DNA from: an uncultured Candidatus Saccharibacteria bacterium
GTDB taxonomy: Bacteria > Patescibacteriota > Minisyncoccia > Phycocordibacterales > UBA918
Length of the DNA: 64,000 nucleotides
Direction of reading: 5' to 3'
Assembly: GCA_964350985.1 (NCBI GenBank)
Contig: CAYGLK010000001.1
Span: 391,698 to 455,697 of the forward strand
Under the pieces are notes generated by a model. That model was not told the DNA's origin and did not search any database. It was given only the letters and a program-made list of their open reading frames with translations. A program made the translations under genes and the position numbers. This document shows, piece by piece, positions 9,481 through 18,553 of this stretch (its first letter is position 1; every line of letters begins with the position of its first letter).

Positions 9481-10155
9481 TTACTGCTTGCGAGCAAATT
9501 TACTCTGAATTTCACTTCGGTAACGTCGTGTCAGCCAGATAAGAGTTATAAGCAACAGTATTCCGAGTGGATAATAATAGTATGACGATTTAAGTAGTGA
9601 AAAAACTGATTTATCAAAAAACTTTTGGATTGCCCTAATGTCTCCGAGTGTTTTAAAATAACCAGCCTCATTATCTTCGCTACCAACAACTAATAGATAC
9701 TTACCGAAGTTTTCCGGCGTACTTACTTCTACTCGATAAATACCGGTATCAATATCAGAACTAAATACTTTGCTTTCTAAAAAAGATAGTCCTAAAACCG
9801 AATCTTCAGTTACTGTCCATTCTGCGTCTACTGCCTTCAATCGTCCAACCTCTGAAACACCACCATTGTTATTATTTTCACGGACTACTATTAGGGAAAA
9901 AGGGATTGGTGTTTCGTTTTCTAGTTGCTTCAACTTCAAAGTTAAGTTTCTCCCAGAACCAATAGCGAATTCGTACATTTGCGGATAACCAATAAGTTCA
10001 CCTAAATACTCCGCTTGCATCTCAACATCGCCGCTCATTACAGAGACTTCATAGGGGATGACTGTTTCGTTGATGGTTGGATTGTAGGCTGTAGCAATTG
10101 CCACTGTAGAAAAACAAAATACTAGAGTAATAAAAATTTGAAGCGTTTTTTTCAT
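9481..10155 (-). CDS. Secreted/membrane-anchored hypothetical protein
   Basis: Signal peptide and C-terminal TM helix; no recognisable domain. Confidence 0.4.
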   Translation of the reverse strand: MKKTLQIFITLVFCFSTVAIATAYNPTINETVIPYEVSVMSGDVEMQAEYLGELIGYPQMYEFAIGSGRNLTLKLKQLENETPIPFSLIVVRENNNNGGVSEVGRLKAVDAEWTVTEDSVLGLSFLESKVFSSDIDTGIYRVEVSTPENFGKYLLVVGSEDNEAGYFKTLGDIRAIQKFFDKSVFSLLKSSYYYYPLGILLLITLIWLTRRYRSEIQSKFARKQ

Positions 10156-10173
10156 GTGGGTTAATCATACCAA

Positions 10174-10209
10174 ATAAGAGACGCGCCCTAAAGGGCGCGT
10201 CTCTTATTT
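10174..10209 (-). terminator. Rho-independent terminator
   Basis: aagagacgcgccc/gggcgcgtctctt hairpin plus T-run downstream of 10238-10855 gene. Confidence 0.55.
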
Positions 10210-10237
10210 GTGTCGAAGTATAAATTTATCTAACTCT

Positions 10238-10855
10238 TTAACTCTTATGTTGTCCTCTTGGTTTAATGTCACTGACACCAGCCTCAAGCAAGATTGCTTT
10301 CATTGTTTCTTTGTCATTTGCTTCTTTTGCTACCCTAAAAGCTTCTTTTTGGTCATCTGAGAGCTCACTAAGTAATTCTCTATGGTGATGCTTACCCCGA
10401 TGAACAAAATGAGACTTAGCAGGTAAACCTAGCTCTGTAAAAATTTCAATTGCTTCTTTATGACTTCCCTTACCATGTAATTCGTGCGCTTGTCTAAACA
10501 ACTGAAAGTCTTCTTCGGTAGTGATAATGTCTATTAAGGGAGAGTTAGCGGCTGCCAATTTAAATGCGGCATAATCATTATCTGTCACCGCAACTTTAAT
10601 TGCTTGACGGGATTCTTTATTAGCTTTTCTTAAATCACTAATAGTTTCCTCATCAATACCAGCTTTTATTAAGACATCACGCGCTTTCACTACTTCACCT
10701 TTCTCCTTCAGCTCTCTTGCCTCAGCAAAAGCAGCTACTTGATTAGAAGAAAGTAACGACGTACTTCCTATGTATGCTTGAGCTCCTGATGCTGTTACTG
10801 CAAACGCAGCAATGGCAATAAGTAATGATTTTGATTGCATGTATCTTTTCTTCAA
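10238..10855 (-). CDS. Secreted alpha-helical hypothetical protein
   Basis: Signal peptide; charged helical repeats; His-rich stretch KHHHRELL. Confidence 0.4.
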   Translation of the reverse strand: MKKRYMQSKSLLIAIAAFAVTASGAQAYIGSTSLLSSNQVAAFAEARELKEKGEVVKARDVLIKAGIDEETISDLRKANKESRQAIKVAVTDNDYAAFKLAAANSPLIDIITTEEDFQLFRQAHELHGKGSHKEAIEIFTELGLPAKSHFVHRGKHHHRELLSELSDDQKEAFRVAKEANDKETMKAILLEAGVSDIKPRGQHKS

Positions 10856-10927
10856 ATTAACTAGAAAATGAATTCATATGAATCTTGCGACTCACACTAA
10901 TTAATACGATGCCACTTTAGTTTTATT

Positions 10928-11443
10928 TCAGAATTCCAAACTTGTAAAATAATTTAGCAATTTGACAAGGGATACCCAGGCAGCTCCTTGATAATCAATC
11001 CTGGTTTCGCAAGTATCTAGGTCATAGTTAATTTGGTCTTTGGAAATACTGAAGTTGTAGTTATTTTCTGTAGTGATGTCATAACGACACTCAGGAAACT
11101 GTAGTGGGTCAGACTGTCTGTCCAAAGCGACAGCATTTAAAGCGCGATCCAGTTCAGTCCTAAGAGATCTAGGGATTTTTCCTTCTTTAACAAGATCTTC
11201 ATTACCATTTTCTACAATAGCTCTATAGCTGCCGTTTTCTAGTAGTTGAAAAGAGAGACAATTTTGCAGCTGGTCACAGACACCATAAGTGTCGCCAATA
11301 ATAACAAACTCATTGTAGACATCATCCGTACTCGCTTCTGGTAATTCAAAAGTAGTAGCAAAACCGGTTAGGTATAAATAAGAACCAGCAATAAGTCCAA
11401 TTACAAAAGTGATAGCAATACTGATTTTATCTTGGCGAAACAT
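10928..11443 (-). CDS. Membrane-anchored hypothetical protein
   Basis: N-terminal TM helix; no recognisable domain. Confidence 0.4.
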   Translation of the reverse strand: MFRQDKISIAITFVIGLIAGSYLYLTGFATTFELPEASTDDVYNEFVIIGDTYGVCDQLQNCLSFQLLENGSYRAIVENGNEDLVKEGKIPRSLRTELDRALNAVALDRQSDPLQFPECRYDITTENNYNFSISKDQINYDLDTCETRIDYQGAAWVSLVKLLNYFTSLEF

Positions 11444-11545
11444 AGCACTTATTATACTACTCTAAGCTTTTATATAAAATGACTAAGATGTAATAGCAAA
11501 AAGCGGCAGAATCAAAGATTCTGCCGCTTTTTGCTATTTTTTAAA

Positions 11546-12265
11546 TTAATTTTCCGGTTCGATCTCTGTATTTGTCTCTCCAGTAACTTCAACTTCAGTT
11601 GTATCTTCGTCCTCCATGATAACTGATTCATCTTCAGATCCTTCATTTTCAACTTCCTCCTCAGATCCTTCATCTTCAACTTCTTCCTCAGTTACTTCTT
11701 CACCATCTGTATTTTCGTCTTCAGTCGAGTTCTCCATATCTTCAGTTCCTTCTTCCATTTCATCTTCTTCGGGAGCGACATAATCATCGACCACTTCTTC
11801 AACATGTTCCTCTACCACTTCAATAGTTTCATCCACGATAGTAGCTAGATTCTTCCCTCGATTACTTCCCTTTGCTTTCGGTCTTTCAGATTCTGGTAAT
11901 TTTAATACCTCTTGGTCAACAGCTACTAAAGTTGACTTATATTGAACCAGAACATCCTTGAGACGGTCTAATCCAGCAACCAACATCGCTCTTTGAGCAT
12001 CACTCAGCTTTACGTCAGCTTTTCCGTCAACACTTGCTTGAATAGAATCCAGACGAGTAAAGATTTTTGCTTGCGCTATTGCTGCCGCCTCTGGAGAAAG
12101 GGTTCCTGCTTGGACCTGTGCCTCAATCAGAACTAGTTCTGATTCAAGTTCTGTTATTTGCTCATCAACATTAGCTACATACTCTACTTCTGGACTGGCG
12201 ATAAAAAAGCTTACTGCTAAAAATAGCAGAAATACTGAAACCACCCCGATAATCACTTTATACAT
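11546..12265 (-). CDS. Membrane-anchored coiled-coil protein with strongly acidic (E/D-rich) C-terminal tail
   Basis: N-terminal TM; C-terminal ~80 aa almost entirely E/D/T/G. Confidence 0.4.
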   Translation of the reverse strand: MYKVIIGVVSVFLLFLAVSFFIASPEVEYVANVDEQITELESELVLIEAQVQAGTLSPEAAAIAQAKIFTRLDSIQASVDGKADVKLSDAQRAMLVAGLDRLKDVLVQYKSTLVAVDQEVLKLPESERPKAKGSNRGKNLATIVDETIEVVEEHVEEVVDDYVAPEEDEMEEGTEDMENSTEDENTDGEEVTEEEVEDEGSEEEVENEGSEDESVIMEDEDTTEVEVTGETNTEIEPEN

Positions 12266-12396
12266 ATAATATTTTAATTTTTAATAACTCTAATGACAAA
12301 CTTCGAACTAGTATCTCTGTCTCCTGCTTATGACGATCCAATAATCTAAATCTTACTAATTTAAAAAAACTAGCCCAAGGGCTGGTTTTTCATTGA

Positions 12397-13461
12397 TTAA
12401 ATTGAAATTATATTGGTTCTAAAATCACTAGCTGGCAACATTAATTGTTGAGCATTAGGATTACTGTTTTGGCCATTAAAGTTAAGGCCGTGCAGCTGAA
12501 GTCTATAGAAACCTGAAACGACAGGATCAATTGTAGTTGTCAGAGTAAAAGTTTCAACCTCACCTTGTCTTACCACGTAACGCTTTGTTGGACGATCCAA
12601 ATAACTAGAAGTTGATTCGTCTACCACATCAGCACTAGATGAAAGTACTCCTGAAGTATTTCCTGGTGGAACAGAAACAATTGTTGCAGAACCGTCAGTG
12701 AAGAAATAATTAACAGCTGAATTTGTAGAAGAGGCACCTACTGAAACTTTTTGGTTTACGTAAATATCCGCTTCTGGAGCAGTAACTTCAAATTTCATGA
12801 CAAACACTCCTTCATCGTCGTCTGGTGTTGTTGCACTATTTGTCTTCAGTGTTGCTGAACTAGAAACATAATCTAATAAAACTGTATGAACTGGCTTCGG
12901 ACCAAAGTTTACTTTTACCGAGTCCTTAGCCAATTCTCCATACTTATCTTTGCAATTAATAACATAAGTTATTTCAGAACCATTAAAATTGATTGCCCAG
13001 GTATTTTGTGATCCTTCAGCTTTTTTTGGACCTGACCAGAAATCAAATGTAATTGGTTTTTCCGTTGAACCAACGCAAGACAAGGAATCTCCCGCAGAAG
13101 TCCATTTCAGCGTAACCTGACCTGGATTAGTATAAAGTGTCCCATCTGTACAAGTGCCAGTATTACCACATATCTTCAAATCTACTGATGGCGGTGTAAT
13201 AATTGGCTGAGGTAATGGAGCACTGACCGGTTTTTTCTCTGTAGTAATACCAGAATCAATAGAAGTTGATTCTTTTTTATAGACACTTTCTTTTACCTCT
13301 ACTTCTTTTGAAGCACTGGAAACTTCCATCGCTGCAACCGTTAAAGCCTGGTCCGCGATTTTAAAAGCTTGTTGCTGGGTAGATTTATCTATATTCACTC
13401 CGCCCTGAACAGCTAAGATTAATGCCAAAACGCTTTCCAAAATCATTGCGGTGGATATCAT
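12397..13461 (-). CDS. Secreted hypothetical protein
   Basis: Signal peptide; Ser/Thr-rich; no recognisable domain. Confidence 0.4.
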   Translation of the reverse strand: MISTAMILESVLALILAVQGGVNIDKSTQQQAFKIADQALTVAAMEVSSASKEVEVKESVYKKESTSIDSGITTEKKPVSAPLPQPIITPPSVDLKICGNTGTCTDGTLYTNPGQVTLKWTSAGDSLSCVGSTEKPITFDFWSGPKKAEGSQNTWAINFNGSEITYVINCKDKYGELAKDSVKVNFGPKPVHTVLLDYVSSSATLKTNSATTPDDDEGVFVMKFEVTAPEADIYVNQKVSVGASSTNSAVNYFFTDGSATIVSVPPGNTSGVLSSSADVVDESTSSYLDRPTKRYVVRQGEVETFTLTTTIDPVVSGFYRLQLHGLNFNGQNSNPNAQQLMLPASDFRTNIISI

Positions 13462-13590
13462 AAATTTATATATAATTAAGTAATTAATATCACTATATCA
13501 CAACCATATTTATAAACCGAGGTTATTTCAAGGCGTTAAAAATATAAAATTTGCTATAATTAATACATTATTAGATCAGTTCAAATAATT

Positions 13591-14037
13591 ATGTTTAATC
13601 AATTTATGGAAGGAGTACGGATGAACAAGTGGTCAAGTTGCTCACCAGTCTTCTTAAGAGTAGCCCTGGGTATTATATTTCTATGGCATGGTTGGGATAA
13701 AGTTTTCAGAACTGGAATTGAAGGAGTTAGTGGTTTTTTAAGCAGTCTTGGTTTCCCAATGGCTACTTTATTCGCATACATTTTGTCCTACGGTGAAATA
13801 ATCGCAGGCATCCTGTTGATTCTTGGTTTATTTACTTATGTTGCTGCAAAATACGCAGCTATCGTTGCCTTTGTAGCTTTTGTTACTGTTCATATGGGTA
13901 ACGGATTCTCAATCAGTGAAGGAGGTTACGAATTTATTATGTTGATCTTTGCAGTTTCTGTCTCTATTGGACTAACTGGTCCGGGAGCTTACTCTCTGGA
14001 TGAAAAGAGAAAGAAAAAAGCAACGACGCAGTATTAA
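13591..14037 (+). CDS. DoxX family membrane protein
   Basis: LRVALGIIFLWHGWDKV and four TM helices typical of DoxX. Confidence 0.7.
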   Translation: MFNQFMEGVRMNKWSSCSPVFLRVALGIIFLWHGWDKVFRTGIEGVSGFLSSLGFPMATLFAYILSYGEIIAGILLILGLFTYVAAKYAAIVAFVAFVTVHMGNGFSISEGGYEFIMLIFAVSVSIGLTGPGAYSLDEKRKKKATTQY

Positions 14038-14054
14038 TTTAAGATACGATAATA

Positions 14055-14087
14055 AAAACCTCCAAAGCAGAGCTTTGGAGGTTTTTA
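14055..14087. terminator. Bidirectional rho-independent terminator between convergent doxX and Nudix genes
   Basis: aaaacctccaaagc/gctttggaggtttt hairpin with A/T flanks. Confidence 0.6.
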
Positions 14088-14564
14088 TTATTTAACAAGT
14101 TCAAGAGCCGTTGAGGCGTATTTATAAACTTCGAGTGATAGTCTCTCGTCACTCGCTCTCATTTCCTCTAATTCATCTTTAGTGACCCAGACACACTTCA
14201 CTCCCTTATCAGCTTCGGTCTGCGGGATTATTTCTCTTGTATCTGATGTAGCTGCAAAGATAAAGGCTGAGTGATCATGATGATCATTTATCTTATGTCG
14301 ATTTACAAATATTGGCGGCACTAAGTCTATATTGGTCTCTGTATCAGTTTTTTCCCAACCTTTTGGTCCAATAAGCTTTACCTTTATACCTACCTCTTCC
14401 CAGGCTTCACGAAGTGCTGCTTCATTAGCGTCCTCGCCTGGGTCAATATGTCCTCCAGGACCAGTCCAGATGTCGTATTTTTCATGAAGTCTGAGCAAGA
14501 CAGCTCCTTCATTAACTACAAAAACTTCCGCACAAAGATCTATATAATAATTTAAATGAGCCAT
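14088..14564 (-). CDS. Nudix hydrolase
   Basis: Nudix box GHIDPGEDANEAALREAWEEVGI. Confidence 0.8.
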   Translation of the reverse strand: MAHLNYYIDLCAEVFVVNEGAVLLRLHEKYDIWTGPGGHIDPGEDANEAALREAWEEVGIKVKLIGPKGWEKTDTETNIDLVPPIFVNRHKINDHHDHSAFIFAATSDTREIIPQTEADKGVKCVWVTKDELEEMRASDERLSLEVYKYASTALELVK

Positions 14565-14636
14565 TTCATTATTTTAACATGAAGTAAAAAACACAGAAGC
14601 AATGCTCCTGTGTTTTTTATAATCAGAACGTCGATA

Positions 14637-14798
14637 ATCTATTCTTCTTCACCACCATCTCCGGGAAGCGTAATTTCAATACTCGCCTTATCTTCTTCTT
14701 GCGGAGCGGCATTACTAAAATACCAAACACCAGCAGCAACTAGGCCAATAGCAATTAGTACTAGTAATAGTGTATTCAGTCCTGAATTGTTGTTCATA
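14637..14798 (-). CDS. Possible small membrane protein (53 aa, below ORF-track cutoff)
   Basis: Minus-strand ATG at 14798 gives MNNNSGLNTLLLVLIAIGLVAAGVWYFSNAAPQEEDKASIEITLPGDGGEEE*; single TM; sits in an otherwise unexplained gap. Confidence 0.3.
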
Positions 14799-14820
14799 CT
14801 TACTTAAGTTAATTTATATT

Positions 14821-15069
14821 TTACCGACGAACCATCTTTACAATCCACAGCAGTACAACTGAGCCGATAACAGCTACAAATAAACTATAGAAGCTAAAGC
14901 CTTGAACTCCTGAACCTCCAAGTTGATTAAATAAAAAGCCCCCAATAAAGGCGCCTACAATTCCCACAACAATATTACCAATGATTCCTTGTGAAGCATC
15001 GGTTCCCATAATCATTGAACCAATCCATCCTGCTAATCCTCCTAAAATTACCCAAGCTAAAATACTCAT
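14821..15069 (-). CDS. GlsB/YeaQ/YmgE (transglycosylase-associated) family small membrane protein
   Basis: WVILGGLAGWIGSMIMG...GIIGNIVVGIVGAFIGGFLF is the family signature. Confidence 0.75.
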   Translation of the reverse strand: MSILAWVILGGLAGWIGSMIMGTDASQGIIGNIVVGIVGAFIGGFLFNQLGGSGVQGFSFYSLFVAVIGSVVLLWIVKMVRR

Positions 15070-15162
15070 ACTTTAAATTAAATTTAGTTGATGAATAAAC
15101 ACTCAACCTATTAATTGTATACCTTACAATTAAACCTGCAAGGTAGTTTATTAAAATAATAC

Positions 15163-15190
15163 AGCCGGCGCATAGCATGCGCCGGCCTTT
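15163..15190 (-). terminator. Rho-independent terminator
   Basis: gccggcgcat-agc-atgcgccggc palindromic GC hairpin followed by ctttc, after the stop of the 15202-15810 gene. Confidence 0.55.
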
Positions 15191-15201
15191 CACCATCCAG
15201 A

Positions 15202-15810
15202 TTAACTTCTCCTCCATCTTTCGACGTAGGACTCGAGTTCTTCCCACGAATCAACCACTGTTCGAACTGGAGATGTCAGCAATAATTCACGAGAGTGGTA
15301 ACCAAAGCTGACTGCAACTACCGGCAAGCCAACTTTCTCCGCTTCATAAACATCACCAGTCGTATCAGTGATGAACAAAGCATTGCTAAGATCAATATCT
15401 TCCACTCTTTCAAGATGGAGGAACTTCTGAACTTTCGACAGTCCTGCCTCCATACCCAGAATAGATTGGAACAAATGATCCATTCTCGCATCCCGAAGCA
15501 CTCGCGCTATTGCGGCCCCGCAATTGCTTGAGACTACATGAAGCACTAATGATTCGGCTAAGCGCTTGATGTAGGGGGTCGAGGACTCAACGTGTTCCAG
15601 CGACAGATGCTGGTTGTAAAATGCCGCGTACGCCGCTGATGTTTCCGGCGTAAAACCGACCACGTTGCGCTCATAAACATTCCCCAAATGATGGTCGACC
15701 CGATAACTGTCTTCAAGCACCTCAGGATGAAGTTGCTTTACCAGCGACCAATTCAAAGCAAGTGTGTCGCCGACAACACCGTCGAAGTCAAGAAGAAGAT
15801 GCCTTTTCAT
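15202..15810 (-). CDS. HAD superfamily hydrolase (phosphoglycolate-phosphatase-like)
   Basis: LLLDFDGVV motif I; C-terminal FITDTTGDVYEAEKVGLPVV motif III/IV. Confidence 0.7.
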   Translation of the reverse strand: MKRHLLLDFDGVVGDTLALNWSLVKQLHPEVLEDSYRVDHHLGNVYERNVVGFTPETSAAYAAFYNQHLSLEHVESSTPYIKRLAESLVLHVVSSNCGAAIARVLRDARMDHLFQSILGMEAGLSKVQKFLHLERVEDIDLSNALFITDTTGDVYEAEKVGLPVVAVSFGYHSRELLLTSPVRTVVDSWEELESYVERWRRS

Positions 15811-15928
15811 TTCGTGGTTTTCCTATGATTTGTACAGATATGCCAACCAGAACATTACCATAAGTAAATAATTTACACTATCAGGTGGGCAGTATGAAAC
15901 GAAATTAGATCTCTATTTATATAAACTT

Positions 15929-16411
15929 TTACTCATTCGACATTTCTCTAACAGGATTCATATATCCCATTTCTCTAAAAAATTCCCGGCCACCAGGTAT
16001 CTGCTCAACCTCATTCAATTCTTCTCTAGAGAACCACTCAAGTTTTTCGAATTCACCATCGGAACTTAAAACCACCTCTTCTGCATTCACCGGAAGATGT
16101 ACCTCAAACCTATTAAATTTCATATGAGCTATAACCTCTTCACCGGTTGCCTTATCAATTTTTTTACTTGACCCTTCGCCAACAGCTTCCAAAGGCTTTA
16201 AATCTGCCTCACTCAATTCAATACCGGTCTCTTCTCGAACCTCTCGAATCACTGCCTCAATAAGAGTTTCGCCATCATCTATACCTCCGCCCGGTATATG
16301 CCAACAGTCAGCGTATGATCCACCACCTTCAGCATGCTTCTTGCCCATCAATAGTTTCCCATCTTTACTAAAAATGATTGCGGACGCAATCTCTCGATTT
16401 ATTTCTTTCAT
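15929..16411 (-). CDS. Nudix hydrolase
   Basis: Nudix box GGGIDDGETLIEAVIREVREETGIE. Confidence 0.8.
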   Translation of the reverse strand: MKEINREIASAIIFSKDGKLLMGKKHAEGGGSYADCWHIPGGGIDDGETLIEAVIREVREETGIELSEADLKPLEAVGEGSSKKIDKATGEEVIAHMKFNRFEVHLPVNAEEVVLSSDGEFEKLEWFSREELNEVEQIPGGREFFREMGYMNPVREMSNE

Positions 16412-16546
16412 GTATCTATTATAACAAAATTGGCGCGAAACACAGTCTGTTGCAGGCTTTAATCCTTATGTTTATTAAGTGGCTGTACTAAAAGACAATT
16501 GTTGAAATCTTATGATAAACTGAGCGTTCTTACAAAAATAGAATAC

Positions 16547-16633
16547 GGAGAGATGGCAGAGTGGTTGAACGCGCATCCTTGGAAAGGATGTATGGGGGCA
16601 ACCCCATCGGGGGTTCGAATCCCCCTCTCTCCG
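16547..16633 (+). tRNA. tRNA-Ser (anticodon GGA)
   Basis: Cloverleaf read by hand: acceptor GGAGAGA/TCTCTCC, anticodon stem CATCC/GGATG with loop TTGGAAA, long variable arm (TATGGGGGCAACCCCATC), T-arm GGGGGTTCGAATCCCCC, discriminator G; no encoded CCA. Confidence 0.8.
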
Positions 16634-16760
16634 CAAAATTGATAAACTCATACTTTTGTATGGGTTTATTAATTTCTGCGCTGGTGGATTCGAAGCCCGA
16701 TTGAGCTGGATTATGAGTCTACGAAATAATCTAGCCAATCGGGGTACTGAAACTGTAAGT

Positions 16761-16776
16761 TTCGAATCCCCCTCTC
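16761..16776 (+). repeat. 16-nt direct repeat of tRNA-Ser T-loop/3' end (TTCGAATCCCCCTCTC), att-like scar
   Basis: Exact match to 16614-16629 inside the tRNA; the surrounding gtaag..cat does not fold as a T-stem, so it is a fragment rather than a second tRNA. Confidence 0.6.
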
Positions 16777-16852
16777 ATAAAATCCATGAGAGTGACCGAA
16801 TCCCAGTATCTACGCACTTTGCGTGAAGCTTTTAGTAGTTACCAGAACAAAC

Positions 16853-16881
16853 ATTGACATTATTAATATTTTGTGCTAAGG
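16853..16881 (+). promoter_or_regulatory. Putative sigma70-type promoter (TTGACA-N17-TAAGGT) for the GC-rich insert gene
   Basis: ttgacattattaatattttgtgctaaggt upstream of the strong RBS aaggagg and ATG at 16934. Confidence 0.35.
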
Positions 16882-16933
16882 TTTCAACTAGCCATTTCTG
16901 GCTTATTCATATATCCACAACAAGGAGGGTTCC

Positions 16934-17455
16934 ATGTACATTGACCACTTACCAATGCCGAACTGCCCCGCAAGGAAGGTGGTTGTCATCGAAGATTGCG
17001 ACAAGCCCTACACTGTGCTCTTCGTCGATCAGGTGATCGAGAAAGCTCGCATCCACGATGCTACCTCGCGGGACAGCGATAGCGACGAGATCTTCTGGAT
17101 CGTCTTTGCCAACGAACCGCGACGTGCTTGGGACATGACCGAGTCGGCGCTGCGCAGCTCGCTGCGCCGCCCGAAGTCGGAGCGTCTGCCCAAGGAGCAG
17201 CTTATCGCCATGGGCGATGATGCTCCGATCGGCGAGATCCTCGAGACCTTCGACTACGGCGGCCTCATCTCGTTCGCTCAGCGCGACATGCCGATGGTGT
17301 GCCGGGAACTCGAAATGTCCACGCTCGGCGATATTGCCAAGCTGAAGCGTTCTGAGATCACTGGTCCGCAGTACCGCTACGCCGGTAACAAGACGCTGTC
17401 GTACCTTGACTCCGTCCTGAACGAGTTTGGCAAGCCGCCGCTCCAGGCCCTCTAG
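16934..17455 (+). CDS. Hypothetical protein with C-terminal RNA-polymerase-alpha-CTD-like helix-hairpin-helix segment; GC-rich foreign gene
   Basis: Local GC ~60% vs ~38% flanks; AAGGAGG 8 nt upstream of ATG; C-terminal LGDIAKLKRSEITGPQYRYAGNKTLSYLDSVLNEFG resembles alphaCTD HhH; the antisense ORF 16949-17497 is the usual high-GC artefact. Confidence 0.55.
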   Translation: MYIDHLPMPNCPARKVVVIEDCDKPYTVLFVDQVIEKARIHDATSRDSDSDEIFWIVFANEPRRAWDMTESALRSSLRRPKSERLPKEQLIAMGDDAPIGEILETFDYGGLISFAQRDMPMVCRELEMSTLGDIAKLKRSEITGPQYRYAGNKTLSYLDSVLNEFGKPPLQAL

Positions 17456-17514
17456 AACGCCGGACGACCAATCCGAGGAGATGAAGATACTGCTCATTCG
17501 TGCTCCACCTCACC

Positions 17515-17545
17515 ATGATCCGCCCTTCCAGGCGGATCATTTTTC
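17515..17545 (+). terminator. Rho-independent terminator of GC-rich insert gene
   Basis: gatccgcccttccaggcggatc hairpin followed by ATTTTTC. Confidence 0.55.
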
Positions 17546-17614
17546 ATATAAAAACTTGGCTTTTGAAAAAATGTATTTAATTTTTATTCAACGGAGAAAA
17601 ATTCTACGAACATT

Positions 17615-18511
17615 CTACTTCCCCATCTCTCGAAGTATACGAATACGATCTTCTGCTGGTGGATGAGTGGCAAAAAGGCCATTGATCCTCTGACCAATAG
17701 ATTTCTTTTTTTCTTCACCATATGGGTCAGAGATAAACAAGTGTGCTGTAGCGTGAGATGAACGTTTCATCGGCCTGCTTGCTCCACTGATTTTTTCTAG
17801 AGCAGAAGCCAGACCTTCTGGATAACGAGTCAAAAGAGAAGCAGAAGCATCAGCTAAGTATTCACGCTTACGTGAAATAGCTAATTGGATCATTTGCGCT
17901 GCAATCGGAGCCAAGATAATTCCCGCAATACCCAAGATCAAGAAGATTGGACTCCGGTCTCGATCTCCACCACCAAAAAACATTGCTCGAGAAAGAAAGT
18001 CTGCCAAGATAGCAACAAAACCAGCCAACACCACAGCCACAGTCATCACTAGCATGTCACGATTGCCAACGTGAGATAACTCATGAGCCATTACTCCTTC
18101 TAGTTCATTTCGATCCAAGATATCCAAGAGACCAGTTGTAGCGGCTACTACAGCATGTTCAGGATCACGTCCTGTTGCAAACGCGTTAGGTGAAGGATCG
18201 TTTACTATATAAATCTTAGGCATTGGTAAACCAGCTGTGATTGAAAGATTTTCTACCACGTTATGAAGCTCTGGAAACTCTTGTTTTGTCGCTGGCACAG
18301 CCCCAGTCATTCTCAAAACGAGTTTATCGGAAAACCAATAACTATAAACATTCATTCCTAAGGCAAAAATAACAGCAATGTAGACAATTGAAGGATTATT
18401 TAAGTACCAAGAAGCGGCATAACCAATAGCAATAATTGCCACCAAAAAACCAGTCATTAAAAACCAAGTCTTTCGTACGTTTGCATCCTTTTGAGTGTAT
18501 ATTGTAGCCAT
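17615..18511 (-). CDS. htpX: Heat-shock membrane zinc protease HtpX (M48)
   Basis: HELSHV zinc-binding HExxH, N-terminal TM helices, characteristic length/topology. Confidence 0.85.
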   Translation of the reverse strand: MATIYTQKDANVRKTWFLMTGFLVAIIAIGYAASWYLNNPSIVYIAVIFALGMNVYSYWFSDKLVLRMTGAVPATKQEFPELHNVVENLSITAGLPMPKIYIVNDPSPNAFATGRDPEHAVVAATTGLLDILDRNELEGVMAHELSHVGNRDMLVMTVAVVLAGFVAILADFLSRAMFFGGGDRDRSPIFLILGIAGIILAPIAAQMIQLAISRKREYLADASASLLTRYPEGLASALEKISGASRPMKRSSHATAHLFISDPYGEEKKKSIGQRINGLFATHPPAEDRIRILREMGK

Positions 18512-18553
18512 ATTTACTTCATTATAACCTAAAAACTAATTGACGGATATATT

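Noticed and set aside
16475-16738. 87-aa minus-strand ORF
   Set aside because: Overlaps the tRNA-Ser gene and its structured spacer; no RBS; the peptide is low-complexity.
16636-16800. Second tRNA or a tmRNA (ssrA) downstream of tRNA-Ser, suggested by GGATTCGAAGCCC and TTCGAATCCCCC segments
   Set aside because: The candidate T-stem (GTAAG/CCCCC) does not pair. No acceptor stem can be formed. The tRNA-like pieces are ~80 nt apart rather than ~300 nt as in tmRNA. Interpreted instead as a structured spacer plus a 16-nt att-like duplicate of the tRNA-Ser 3' end.
16949-17497. Minus-strand 182-aa ORF antisense to the GC-rich gene
   Set aside because: A long antisense ORF is the usual artefact in high-GC DNA. 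The plus-strand ORF has a perfect SD, promoter and terminator; the antisense one has none.
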